A stretch of DNA of 37,589 bases, from NCBI GenBank assembly GCA_041178085.1, contig JBEGVZ010000097.1:1-37589 (forward strand), in the 5' to 3' direction. The notes under the pieces were generated by a model. The model was not told where the DNA came from and ran no database searches. It saw only the letters and a program-made list of their open reading frames with translations. Every line of letters starts with the position of its first letter. Within the stretch, counting starts at the first letter, position 1. The DNA comes from Pseudomonadota bacterium (GTDB taxonomy: Bacteria > Bdellovibrionota_B > Oligoflexia > Oligoflexales > RGVZ01). The position numbers were made by a program, and so were the translations under genes. This document shows positions 9,442 to 17,790 of this stretch, piece by piece.

Positions 9442-10212
9442 ATGAAATCAGTTCGCGGTTTGGCCGCTTGCGTGGCCTTTGGTCTCGTTTTCGCCGGTTC
9501 ATTGACAGGCTGTGGCAAGGCAGGCCCGCTCGACGGTGCCAAGGTGCTTTCGACCCGCATGGTGGTTGCCGACGATTTGAAAGTTACCATCCAGGAAGTG
9601 GAAACTCCGGCCGATGTGAAAGCATCGATTGACGCGACCCTTGCAAACGCAGCAAAAGCCCAAGACGGCATGAAAGTGCGTGAAGGTGACAGCCCGGCAG
9701 ATGACCTCACTGCCCTCAACGTGGTGCTCGACCAGATCATCAATATGGGCAAGAAGGTTTGGGCGGTTGTGGCATCGAACCAGCCAGTCCTGAACATCAA
9801 GTTTGATTTTGCCAATGCACTGCCCAAGGGCGTGCGCTCTGCCAGCGACCTGGCAGGTTTCTCGGATCTTCAGTACAAGTCTTTTGTCTATGCCGGACAA
9901 AATGGTTTTGGCGCAGAAGTGTTCAAGGTCCAGTACACGGTTGTTTACCAGTACGGTGGCTCGTTTGAAGGCAAAGGTGCGTACATCTCCACTGCTTCTG
10001 TTGTCCCGCAAGATGTCTCTGTGCTTTGGGGCTACGACCTTGGAATGGATGTTCAGAACGTTGCAGTCAACAACCTTGGTACGAGCGAAAGCCCGGTAGC
10101 TGGCATCAACCTGATGGCCCACATCAAGGTCTCTACGATTCTGAAGAAAACGGAGATCAACGAAGTGTTCGCCATCCGCGGCGACAGTGGTCTGCTGACG
10201 CGCGTGCAGTAA
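9442..10212 (+). CDS. Hypothetical lipoprotein
   Basis: GGAGG RBS, lipobox LTGC, beta-rich C-terminal half, terminator immediately downstream. Confidence 0.8.
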   Translation: MKSVRGLAACVAFGLVFAGSLTGCGKAGPLDGAKVLSTRMVVADDLKVTIQEVETPADVKASIDATLANAAKAQDGMKVREGDSPADDLTALNVVLDQIINMGKKVWAVVASNQPVLNIKFDFANALPKGVRSASDLAGFSDLQYKSFVYAGQNGFGAEVFKVQYTVVYQYGGSFEGKGAYISTASVVPQDVSVLWGYDLGMDVQNVAVNNLGTSESPVAGINLMAHIKVSTILKKTEINEVFAIRGDSGLLTRVQ

Positions 10213-10232
10213 TCGTTGTTTACTTGAAGAAA

Positions 10233-10270
10233 CAAAGGGTCAGCCCCGGAGGGGCTGACCCTTTGCCTTT
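10233..10270. terminator. Intrinsic terminator, probably bidirectional
   Basis: Perfect 15-bp inverted repeat CAAAGGGTCAGCCCC-gga-GGGGCTGACCCTTTG between convergent genes, with an A-rich 5' flank and T-rich 3' flank. Confidence 0.85.
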
Positions 10271-10333
10271 TCTAGCGGCACATGGAAGTGGCGTGTTCTT
10301 GAAATGGACGGTGGCGCCCCCTGATGGGGATTG

Positions 10334-10912
10334 TTAGCCGAGCCCGTCACCTGAAGCACGCTTGTTGCCGCTTGCGGACTCGGCCGGTTCGCTTTCGCGA
10401 GATTTGGCGAGTGAGTCCGTCAGATAGTTCAGTTCTTCCGCAACATCCTGGAAGGCATCGCCCCGCTTGACCGCGATGCGCTTGGATAGATCACCATTGG
10501 CGAGGGCACGGATGTGCCGCCTGAAGCCGACCGTTGACCCGACCATTTGCTGGGTGATCTTCAACGAAACAGCGATTGATATCCCCACATAACCGATCAG
10601 GGTCAGCAACGCCCAGATTCGGACACCTTCAATGTGGTGATAGACCTGGGCAATGGTTGCGTCGTCCGCTTGAGTGTGTTCAATGAAGGTTTCGGCAAAT
10701 GTGTTGAGGTTCTTGTAGAACAACAACGCCATCGCGAGAGAGAAGATCGCTGCCACCAATGCATTGTAGGCCGCAATCTTCAACTGAATCACGGGCTGGA
10801 ACATGATGCCTGATACGGTTCGTTTCGTTGCTGACCTGCCGCCGCCAGACCTCGGTGGACGATGGATCGGCGTATCCGGACCGACCAAGGTCAATTTGGT
10901 TTTGTCACTCAC
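10334..10912 (-). CDS. Two-TM membrane protein with HAMP domain and no output domain
   Basis: Two hydrophobic helices, then LANGDLSKRI...GDAFQDVAEELNYL; GTG start with GGAGG RBS. Confidence 0.8.
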   Translation of the reverse strand: MSDKTKLTLVGPDTPIHRPPRSGGGRSATKRTVSGIMFQPVIQLKIAAYNALVAAIFSLAMALLFYKNLNTFAETFIEHTQADDATIAQVYHHIEGVRIWALLTLIGYVGISIAVSLKITQQMVGSTVGFRRHIRALANGDLSKRIAVKRGDAFQDVAEELNYLTDSLAKSRESEPAESASGNKRASGDGLG

Positions 10913-10938
10913 GGGCCACCTCCTCTTCTATAAGAAGG

Positions 10939-10965
10939 CGTTCGGCAGACCTCCCAGGAACTGAA
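10939..10965 (-). promoter_or_regulatory. Sigma28/FliA-like promoter candidate
   Basis: TTCA-N15-GCCGAACG on the minus strand upstream of the HAMP gene. Confidence 0.25.
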
Positions 10966-11004
10966 ACAAATTTAAAAGAAAATCGTAAGTATCCGTAAGT
11001 ACTG

Positions 11005-12435
11005 TTAAATTGTAACTCGCAAAGGGCCGGTGAGGGGGGTCACCCTGATCTCCGGGAAGTGCTGGGCCAGTGCAGAAGCAAGTCCCGAAGTGGATTCCGG
11101 GGTTCCGTGGTTGAGAAATACCTGCTGTGGTTTGCGCTGGATCCTGCCCAGCCATTCCACCAGATCCTGCTGGTCTGCGTGAGCGGAAAGGGTCTCGATG
11201 AATTCGATGTCCGCTTCGACAGGTACCTCCTGATGGAAGATTCGCATGCTCCCCTTTGTCTTGCCCTCATCCAGCAGGTAACGGCCTTTTGTGCCTTCCG
11301 CCTGGTATCCGACAAAGACGACACTGTTTTTCGGGTTTGAAATTCTCGTTTTCAAATGGTGCAGGATTCTTCCGCCGGAAAGCATTCCCGATGCAGACAA
11401 GACGATCATGGGACCGTCTTTCATGCACACGCCCATGGACTCGTCACTCGAATGAGTCACGTCAAATCCGGTCGGCAGGAAATGGTCGACACCACCATTG
11501 AACGATGTTGCCAGCAGGTTGTCTTCCGGATGCTGAAGGAATGTCTTGGTGGCAGCCACTGCCATCGGTGAATCCAGGATCACCGGCACGGAGGGGATTT
11601 CCCCGGCATCTTCAAGTTGACGAAGCAGATAGAGGATTTCCTGTGTCCGGCCGACGGCAAAGACCGGGATCACGACGACCCCCTTCCTTGCCACAGTCCG
11701 GCGGACAATCTCGGCAAGTTCCACTTGCGCCGGCTTCCTGCTCTGCAACCGGGACCCATAAGTGCTTTCGAGCACCAGGATGTCTGTCTCGACCAGGTCG
11801 TCGGGGGGCCGGATTGTCGTAGACCTGTCGTTGCCCAAGTCTCCAGAGAATGTGACCAGTCTTGTCCGGTCGGCCTGTTGGATTGCGAACTGGACCATGC
11901 TTGCGCCCGTGATGTGACCGGCCCGTAGTAACTGGAAGCTCACATCCTTGCTGACTTGTTGCCACTGGTTTCTGGGAACGACGGAGAGCTTGTCGATGGC
12001 CAGGTTGGCATCCGCCTCTGTGAACAAAGGCAGCGGGTTCTTGTGGTGCGAGTAGCCGGTCCGGCGTGCGTAGGCCGTTTGTTCCTCTTCCAGAAAGGCG
12101 GCGTCAAGCAACAGGATCTTCGCCAATTCGGCGGTGCCCGAAGAACAGAATATCCGTCCGCCATAACCTTCGCGACAAAAGCGCGGCAAGTAGCCGCTGT
12201 GGTCGAGGTGTGCATGGGTCAGGACGACATGGTCCACCGATGTCGCCGCAGGAGAGGACGCCCCCCAGTTGCGCAGCTTGCTTTCCTTTGGGCCCTGAAA
12301 AAGGCCGCAGTCCACCATGATTCTGAGCGTCGCTTCGCGCCCTCCGGAATCAGCAGCTCCATCACCGACCTCAAGGAGCGTTCTGCTTCCGGTCACTTCG
12401 CCTGCCGCGCCCAGGAATTCAAGTTGGATTGTCAT
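11005..12435 (-). CDS. MBL-fold beta-CASP ribonuclease (Ysh1/CPSF73-like)
   Basis: GAAGEVTGS, DCGLFQG, THAHLDHSG, AGHITG, FSGDLG, ESTYG, FAVGRTQE, SAHAD, HG motifs. Confidence 0.95.
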   Translation of the reverse strand: MTIQLEFLGAAGEVTGSRTLLEVGDGAADSGGREATLRIMVDCGLFQGPKESKLRNWGASSPAATSVDHVVLTHAHLDHSGYLPRFCREGYGGRIFCSSGTAELAKILLLDAAFLEEEQTAYARRTGYSHHKNPLPLFTEADANLAIDKLSVVPRNQWQQVSKDVSFQLLRAGHITGASMVQFAIQQADRTRLVTFSGDLGNDRSTTIRPPDDLVETDILVLESTYGSRLQSRKPAQVELAEIVRRTVARKGVVVIPVFAVGRTQEILYLLRQLEDAGEIPSVPVILDSPMAVAATKTFLQHPEDNLLATSFNGGVDHFLPTGFDVTHSSDESMGVCMKDGPMIVLSASGMLSGGRILHHLKTRISNPKNSVVFVGYQAEGTKGRYLLDEGKTKGSMRIFHQEVPVEADIEFIETLSAHADQQDLVEWLGRIQRKPQQVFLNHGTPESTSGLASALAQHFPEIRVTPLTGPLRVTI

Positions 12436-12470
12436 GGTTCCACTCTCAAGTTAATGCCATAATTCATGAC

Positions 12471-12818
12471 ATGGATGCTGTCTGGAAAACAGTGTTGTTG
12501 TTGCTGGTATCCAACGTCTTCATGACCTTTGCCTGGTATGCCCACTTGAAGGACTTGAAGTCTGCGCCACTTTGGGTGGCCGTCCTGGCCAGCTGGGGCA
12601 TTGCCTTTTTTGAATATGCCATTCAGGTGCCAGCCAACCGCATTGGCAACCAGGCGCTCTCTGTCGCCCAGCTGAAGATAGTCCAGGAAGTCGTCACACT
12701 CTGCGTGTTTGTGCCTTTCTCTGTTTACTACTTGAACGAGCGCATCGGCTGGAATTACGCCCTTGCGGGTTTGTTCGTCATCGCCGCAGTTTACTGCGTA
12801 TTTTTCATCAAACCCTGA
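12471..12818 (+). CDS. DMT superfamily small membrane protein (DUF486)
   Basis: SNVFMTFAWYAHLK, SWGIAFFEY..QVPANRIG, QLKIVQEV signature. Confidence 0.9.
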   Translation: MDAVWKTVLLLLVSNVFMTFAWYAHLKDLKSAPLWVAVLASWGIAFFEYAIQVPANRIGNQALSVAQLKIVQEVVTLCVFVPFSVYYLNERIGWNYALAGLFVIAAVYCVFFIKP

Positions 12819-13855
12819 TCAGCTCGGATTTCGAGGTCTGCATTGCCGCGATCATTGCGGCCGGGCCGGTTTGGTCCCGGGCGAGGCAGACCGCCAGGTC
12901 CAGGTTCAAAAACGGCCTTTACGTTGGTTTTTGTATCGCACCAGTCCCACTTTAACACGGCATTAAAATCGCGCGACGAAACGGGCGCACCCGCACGCCA
13001 GATCTCCGGTTCTTCGAAGCTGTGGGGCTTGTGGGCGCGCTCGTCAAAATAAACCGGCCATCGTGCTGGACTCAGGCGTGCAAAAGCGCCCCCCTGGAAC
13101 TCCAAGTCATTGCCACGGTAATCAAAGAACGAAATAAATGCGCTGACCACCCTGGATGCAGGCACGGCATAGAGCTTGTGGGTCGCCTGAAAGTGGATTT
13201 CACCACGCTGTCCACGCCGCGACTGCTCCTTCCGCCACGCCTGCTCGACTTCGAACTTGCGGTTTCGCCAGTCGCGCAGGCGCTCCCCGGGTAGCTGCTC
13301 GACGATCGGCATGGACAGGTCGGTCCGAGCCAAGGTTGAGTCAAACGTACCCATGCTGAAGTACCGCCAGCCTGGACGGTAGGCTTCGCGTAGCGGCGCA
13401 GTTTCGCCCTGCGCATTGATTTCGATCTGGTCGAGGTAAAAAAGTTCCTCCTGGTCGCGGATCAGCAAGGTGGAAGTCGCACAGTCGTTTACGGTCCAGG
13501 CGACGATGCGGCGTGAGATGAGCGAGCCGCTTGTCGTAGTCGGGGCACTGTCGTCGGACTCCCCCGAAGCTGCGGCAATCGCCGCTTTCTCCGCTGGGGT
13601 TACGGTGCGCCAAAGCCCCCAGTAGAACGAGAACTGATTTTGGTCGATGGAAAGTTGCGGTCTGTGGTTGACCGTCTCGTAGGCGCTGGCGGCATCGCTG
13701 TCAGCACCTTCCCCGGCCCGATCGCCGGCACTGGCGCGAAGGTTGTCGCGCAGGTTTGCTGCTGGCACTTCTTGCGTTCGTATTTTGCACCCGGTTCCAA
13801 CGATCAAGGTGCTGATCATGAACAAGCTCAGGCGCTTTCCGGATTTTTCCGCCAT
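12791..13855 (-). CDS. Hypothetical lipoprotein
   Basis: Basic N-terminus, hydrophobic core, GTGC lipobox; AAGGA RBS inside the 3' end of the HTTM gene. Confidence 0.75.
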   Translation of the reverse strand: MAEKSGKRLSLFMISTLIVGTGCKIRTQEVPAANLRDNLRASAGDRAGEGADSDAASAYETVNHRPQLSIDQNQFSFYWGLWRTVTPAEKAAIAAASGESDDSAPTTTSGSLISRRIVAWTVNDCATSTLLIRDQEELFYLDQIEINAQGETAPLREAYRPGWRYFSMGTFDSTLARTDLSMPIVEQLPGERLRDWRNRKFEVEQAWRKEQSRRGQRGEIHFQATHKLYAVPASRVVSAFISFFDYRGNDLEFQGGAFARLSPARWPVYFDERAHKPHSFEEPEIWRAGAPVSSRDFNAVLKWDWCDTKTNVKAVFEPGPGGLPRPGPNRPGRNDRGNADLEIRADQGLMKNTQ

Positions 13856-14718
13856 AGGATTCCTTTTATCTCACCCTCGGTCAGAAACAGCGTGGTAGCC
13901 GCAATCAGTGTCCATTCAAACAGCTGGATGTTCATGCTGTACTCGATTCCGAGGTGCATGAGAACCAGGGCTGCCATGACAAGTAGCCTGGTGTCACGGA
14001 ACCAGACCAGAAACGGAAACAACCCCTCAACGGCAAGGGTGCCCCAAGTCTGCAGCTTGCTTGCCGCAACCGTTCGCATGAAATCCGGAACCGGAAAACG
14101 CTGGAATTCCCTGAGTTGCTGGACGATGTAGACAACGCTTCCGTCCATCCATTTGTCGCCTTTCAGCTTGAACAGTGCTGCGGCGAAATAAAGCAGACAT
14201 ATTTGGAGTTGCATGACGCGGAACGCTGTGGGGTTGATGGACTTGCGCGGTCCGCCATACACCATGCTTTCAATCGACAGGGCAGCCGCTGACGGGGCAA
14301 ATATGAACATGAAACTGATCAGTCTGATAAACGTGTCACCGCTGTGCAATATGTAGATGTTGCGGTGGGCAAAACTGGCAAGACAAATGAACACGATCAA
14401 AGCCATCTTGCGGGCAGCGAAGCCAATCATCAGTCCAAAGCAGGCGGCCATGTAGGACCAGAAGACGAAACTGACGGTGAGCGGGGCGTCTGAAGTGAGC
14501 AGGAAGATGTTCAGCCGGTCGGGACCGATCATGCTTCGTGCAAGGTTGAGGCTGAAGATTCCATCTCGCGAAAACCAGGTGTGAATGTCAGGTAAAAGAA
14601 ATGCTCCATTGAGCAGCAGGATGAATCCAAACAGGATCCGGAACAGAGCAAGTGGATAAGGCGAAACCGGTGCGGTCATCCAGGAGTAAACGTGGAACAT
14701 TGTGCGCTTCAAAGTCAT
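13828..14718 (-). CDS. HTTM-domain membrane protein (SdpB / vitamin K-dependent carboxylase-like)
   Basis: LALFRILFG, HRN..I...GD, QLQICLLYFAAALFKL...W.DG, W.TL..E..FP, MHLGI; multiple TM helices. Confidence 0.85.
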   Translation of the reverse strand: MTLKRTMFHVYSWMTAPVSPYPLALFRILFGFILLLNGAFLLPDIHTWFSRDGIFSLNLARSMIGPDRLNIFLLTSDAPLTVSFVFWSYMAACFGLMIGFAARKMALIVFICLASFAHRNIYILHSGDTFIRLISFMFIFAPSAAALSIESMVYGGPRKSINPTAFRVMQLQICLLYFAAALFKLKGDKWMDGSVVYIVQQLREFQRFPVPDFMRTVAASKLQTWGTLAVEGLFPFLVWFRDTRLLVMAALVLMHLGIEYSMNIQLFEWTLIAATTLFLTEGEIKGILWRKNPESA

Positions 14719-15338
14719 CGCGGCTTCCCCGGCGCATTCAGGGGTACCAGCGGTTTAGCAACGGGTTCTACAGGTTTGGTGGCCATCGCAAAGGAATGGA
14801 AAAGGAATTTGTTGAACGGGCGATCGTCCTTCAGCACATCACCCTTTTCCCCCGGTGTCAGGCATTTTCGCCAGTGGCGGTATAACTCTACTTTGGTGGC
14901 TTCCTTGCCTTCCCGGCGGCTGGCCCGGCGCGCGATCCAGACGGCACTGTCGTTCCACATCGCTTTATTGGAGTCGAGGCGCATGTTGTCGTTCATGAAC
15001 TTACGCCATCGTTCCTTTGCGTAACGCTCTCCGTAAGGCATTTCTGCCATGTTAGAAAGATCTTCTGTTACGCTGGTTCCGTCAGCGAAGTCGATCTTGG
15101 CGCTGACGTAAATATCCTCGTCGCGAGGATTCGGTGCAAACATGTCCCAGCCCTGCCAAAGACCAAGTCGGCGGAACTCGCGGTTGTAAAAGCGATCGAT
15201 CCGGTCCTTCAAGGGGAAACCGGCAGGCATGCTCCACGATACTGCTCCGATCAAATACCAGATCGCCCCAGCGAAGAGGACCTGACGCAGCACTGGTTTG
15301 TCCCAGATGTCTTCCACGGAAGGTTCCTGGCCCTGCAT
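14715..15338 (-). CDS. HTTM partner protein (DUF5819/SdpA-like)
   Basis: One N-terminal TM, GLWQGWDMFAPNP motif, ERWRKF; ATGA overlap with the HTTM start; start could also be 15365. Confidence 0.65.
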   Translation of the reverse strand: MQGQEPSVEDIWDKPVLRQVLFAGAIWYLIGAVSWSMPAGFPLKDRIDRFYNREFRRLGLWQGWDMFAPNPRDEDIYVSAKIDFADGTSVTEDLSNMAEMPYGERYAKERWRKFMNDNMRLDSNKAMWNDSAVWIARRASRREGKEATKVELYRHWRKCLTPGEKGDVLKDDRPFNKFLFHSFAMATKPVEPVAKPLVPLNAPGKPR

Positions 15339-15346
15339 CGCAGCAG

Positions 15347-16078
15347 TTACTTCTTCTGTCCGCAAAGCGGTGCATCAGCACGGTCATCATCGCCCGTCGT
15401 CACGCGCTTGCCATCAATTGCGGCGTAGTAGGCAGATGCAACCGACTGGTCAACGCAAAGTGCGTCGACCTGATACTGCGCGCTGTCCATCGTCGCCGGA
15501 ATCAAGATGGTCTTGATGAACATGTTCCATGCGCGCATTTCCTCGAATTTGATCGTGGCAGCGTTCATCTTCACGAAGTCTGCCGGTTCCACTTTCACCA
15601 GGCTGGCCAGGGTGCCGACTTCGTCCAGCGGGCGCATCCCGATAAATGCGTCGAGCGCGCGGGAGGCGTCCATCATCAGTTCATCCTTCGGCTGACAGTT
15701 GGCCGCCGGGTCGGGCTTCAGGTAAAAGCCTGCGGCCTTTGGCGGTTCGTCCTTGCTGGGCGGGTCGTAGGAAATGCCAAGTTCCACCGTAGGGACTTTG
15801 GGGCACGTGCTTGCTCCACCTTCCCCTACGGTGGGGTAGATGTTGATGTATACCAGCGCCGGTTCCTTGCCGCCGGCGTTGGCTACGGCAGCCAGGGCAC
15901 GTTTGCGGGCTTCCGTGAGAGTCGCAACGGTTGGCATCTTCAGCTCAGAGGCTGGTACCTGCGCGGAAAGAATGTTGCTGGTATCGCTGCGGCGGCCGGT
16001 TGCCTTGCATGCCGTGGCTGATGCGGTGACAATCATTGCGCAGGCGATCAGGCCAGGTACCTTGAAAGTCGGTTCCAT
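15347..16078 (-). CDS. Hypothetical lipoprotein
   Basis: Signal peptide ending ATAC, four further Cys, GGGAAGAG RBS; first gene of the HTTM operon. Confidence 0.75.
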   Translation of the reverse strand: MEPTFKVPGLIACAMIVTASATACKATGRRSDTSNILSAQVPASELKMPTVATLTEARKRALAAVANAGGKEPALVYINIYPTVGEGGASTCPKVPTVELGISYDPPSKDEPPKAAGFYLKPDPAANCQPKDELMMDASRALDAFIGMRPLDEVGTLASLVKVEPADFVKMNAATIKFEEMRAWNMFIKTILIPATMDSAQYQVDALCVDQSVASAYYAAIDGKRVTTGDDDRADAPLCGQKK

Positions 16079-16165
16079 CTCTTCCCCAATCCGGTTGCAG
16101 GATCATTTGTTGATCCCTACAGTGTATCTTTTCCGGTGGAAAATCACACCCCGGGAGGGAGTCCG

Positions 16166-16828
16166 TTGCACCCGTCGCAGAAATATTTTTTTTCCCGTCT
16201 GGCCACTCTGTTCTTTTGCATTTCACCGGTTGTTTTTGGGGCGTCCGGCTGCGTGACTGCCAGTGCTGAGGCGGTAGAGGCGGTTCCGGGCATCAACCAT
16301 ACCTTTGGCTTGATTGCCAAGGTGCAGCAGCCGGTGATTCATGTGTGCATCAATACCAATCACCCCGAGGCCTTGCCGGCAGTGCGCGATGCCATCCTTG
16401 AATGGGTTGATCCGCTCCGGGATGTTGCCGGTGTCCCACTGGTGAAGGATGTGAAGGAAGGCTGTCCTGGCGACCTGCAGGTGAATTTCCTGACGGCGAG
16501 CCGTGCCCACACATTTCCTGCGGAACGTCCGGTGCTGAACCTCGGGCAACCCACCGACTATCCAGCTGTGCTGCACGAAGTGGGTCACGCCTTTGGTCTT
16601 GGCGATGCCTATGTTGAAGGGGTCTGGAGTTGTGAAGGGGACAAGTCCCTGTCCGTGATGTGTCGCCCCGGGCTTGAAGCCATCGCCGAAGCCGATCGTA
16701 ACGGGATCATGCAGGTTTACCGGACCTGGTTGAGTCGTCCCTACTACGCCTGGAACGGGCGCCGGTTCCGGTGTCCCGACAAGATGCGCCTCTATGGTTT
16801 GGGTAATTTTGTCTTCTGCGCGCGTTAA
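16166..16828 (+). CDS. Metzincin (matrixin/snapalysin-like) zinc metalloprotease, probable lipoprotein
   Basis: HEVGHAFGLGD (HExxHxxGxxD) and SVMC Met-turn; lipobox ASGC; TTG 16166 follows GGAGGGAG (alternative start GTG 16136). Confidence 0.8.
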   Translation: MHPSQKYFFSRLATLFFCISPVVFGASGCVTASAEAVEAVPGINHTFGLIAKVQQPVIHVCINTNHPEALPAVRDAILEWVDPLRDVAGVPLVKDVKEGCPGDLQVNFLTASRAHTFPAERPVLNLGQPTDYPAVLHEVGHAFGLGDAYVEGVWSCEGDKSLSVMCRPGLEAIAEADRNGIMQVYRTWLSRPYYAWNGRRFRCPDKMRLYGLGNFVFCAR

Positions 16829-17604
16829 TTGCCGTGGCGTATGTCGACCACCGGGCCGGGTCCGTAAAGCTGGTCGTGCATTTTCTGCATGCCGCTGAGC
16901 GCCGTTTCCAGGTCGTCTGTGGATTTCGCCTCAAGTGACCGGCCGAGGACCGCAAACATGCGGGATGCCGCCGGGTGCAAGAGTCCCAGTTTCATCTCGT
17001 CGATCGCCGCGCCCGGGTCGCCCAGCTGGTCACCTGAAAGGCGTGGCACTGTGGTTGCGATGATCGAGCCAGAAAAGTTGCGGGCGTGATCCAGGGCCTT
17101 CGACTGGCGCACCCACGCCTCCCCCTGACTCGCTGCGACGATGGTAGCCAGGGTCCCGAAAGGTGCCGCGGGCGGTCCAACCGCCGCCAGCAAGCTGGCA
17201 TAGCCGAACTGGCTGCCATCGGGCAGGGTGAGCGCGCCCTGGTCGTTCGCAAAGCCCGTGAAGACAGTGACCAATGTGCCATCGGCGGCGGTTTGCCTTG
17301 CCGCTGCAGACAACGCGCTGGCCAGTTCGGGAGCCGATGCCGGGGTAACCGTGGTGACTGCAAAGTTGCCTGGAAGCTGTTTCAGCGCCTTGCCCAGGCG
17401 ATTCAGGTCCGGCGCCGCACCAAGAGGAGGCAGGACCGAAACCAGCAGTGCACGGTTCCCTCTGATGGTCGCAGCAGGCAGCGGCGCCCCCTGGGAAGCG
17501 CTCAGCGGCGCCACGGGATCCACCGGGGCGGCCGGCTCGATCGCGCAGGATGGAGCAACAAGAAGGCAAGCAAGCAGCAGCAACTTGGTCGTCATCCGTG
17601 CCAT
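16825..17604 (-). CDS. Hypothetical lipoprotein, possibly degenerate caspase-like fold
   Basis: KLLLLACLLVAPSC signal; RALLV / TLVTVFTGFA / TIVAASQG pattern; start ambiguous (17664, 17604 or 17595). Confidence 0.65.
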   Translation of the reverse strand: MARMTTKLLLLACLLVAPSCAIEPAAPVDPVAPLSASQGAPLPAATIRGNRALLVSVLPPLGAAPDLNRLGKALKQLPGNFAVTTVTPASAPELASALSAAARQTAADGTLVTVFTGFANDQGALTLPDGSQFGYASLLAAVGPPAAPFGTLATIVAASQGEAWVRQSKALDHARNFSGSIIATTVPRLSGDQLGDPGAAIDEMKLGLLHPAASRMFAVLGRSLEAKSTDDLETALSGMQKMHDQLYGPGPVVDIRHGN

Positions 17605-17790
17605 CGGAACGGCCTTTACTTTGGTCACCGGTTTGGTCACCAGGTGGGTGAGCAGGGCTACCATCAGGTTCTCATCGGGGTTGCGTCGGGCACTGAAGCC
17701 ATATTATCTGATCCGATTATCGGTCCTGTCGTGGATTTGTGCCACAGCTGTTTGCTGGAAGCCTGAGAGTTCCGGCCCGGGGAGGTTCCT

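Noticed and set aside
17620..17641. Tandem repeat TTTGGTCACC x2
   Set aside because: Only two copies; may simply encode VTK-P-VTK if the upstream start is used
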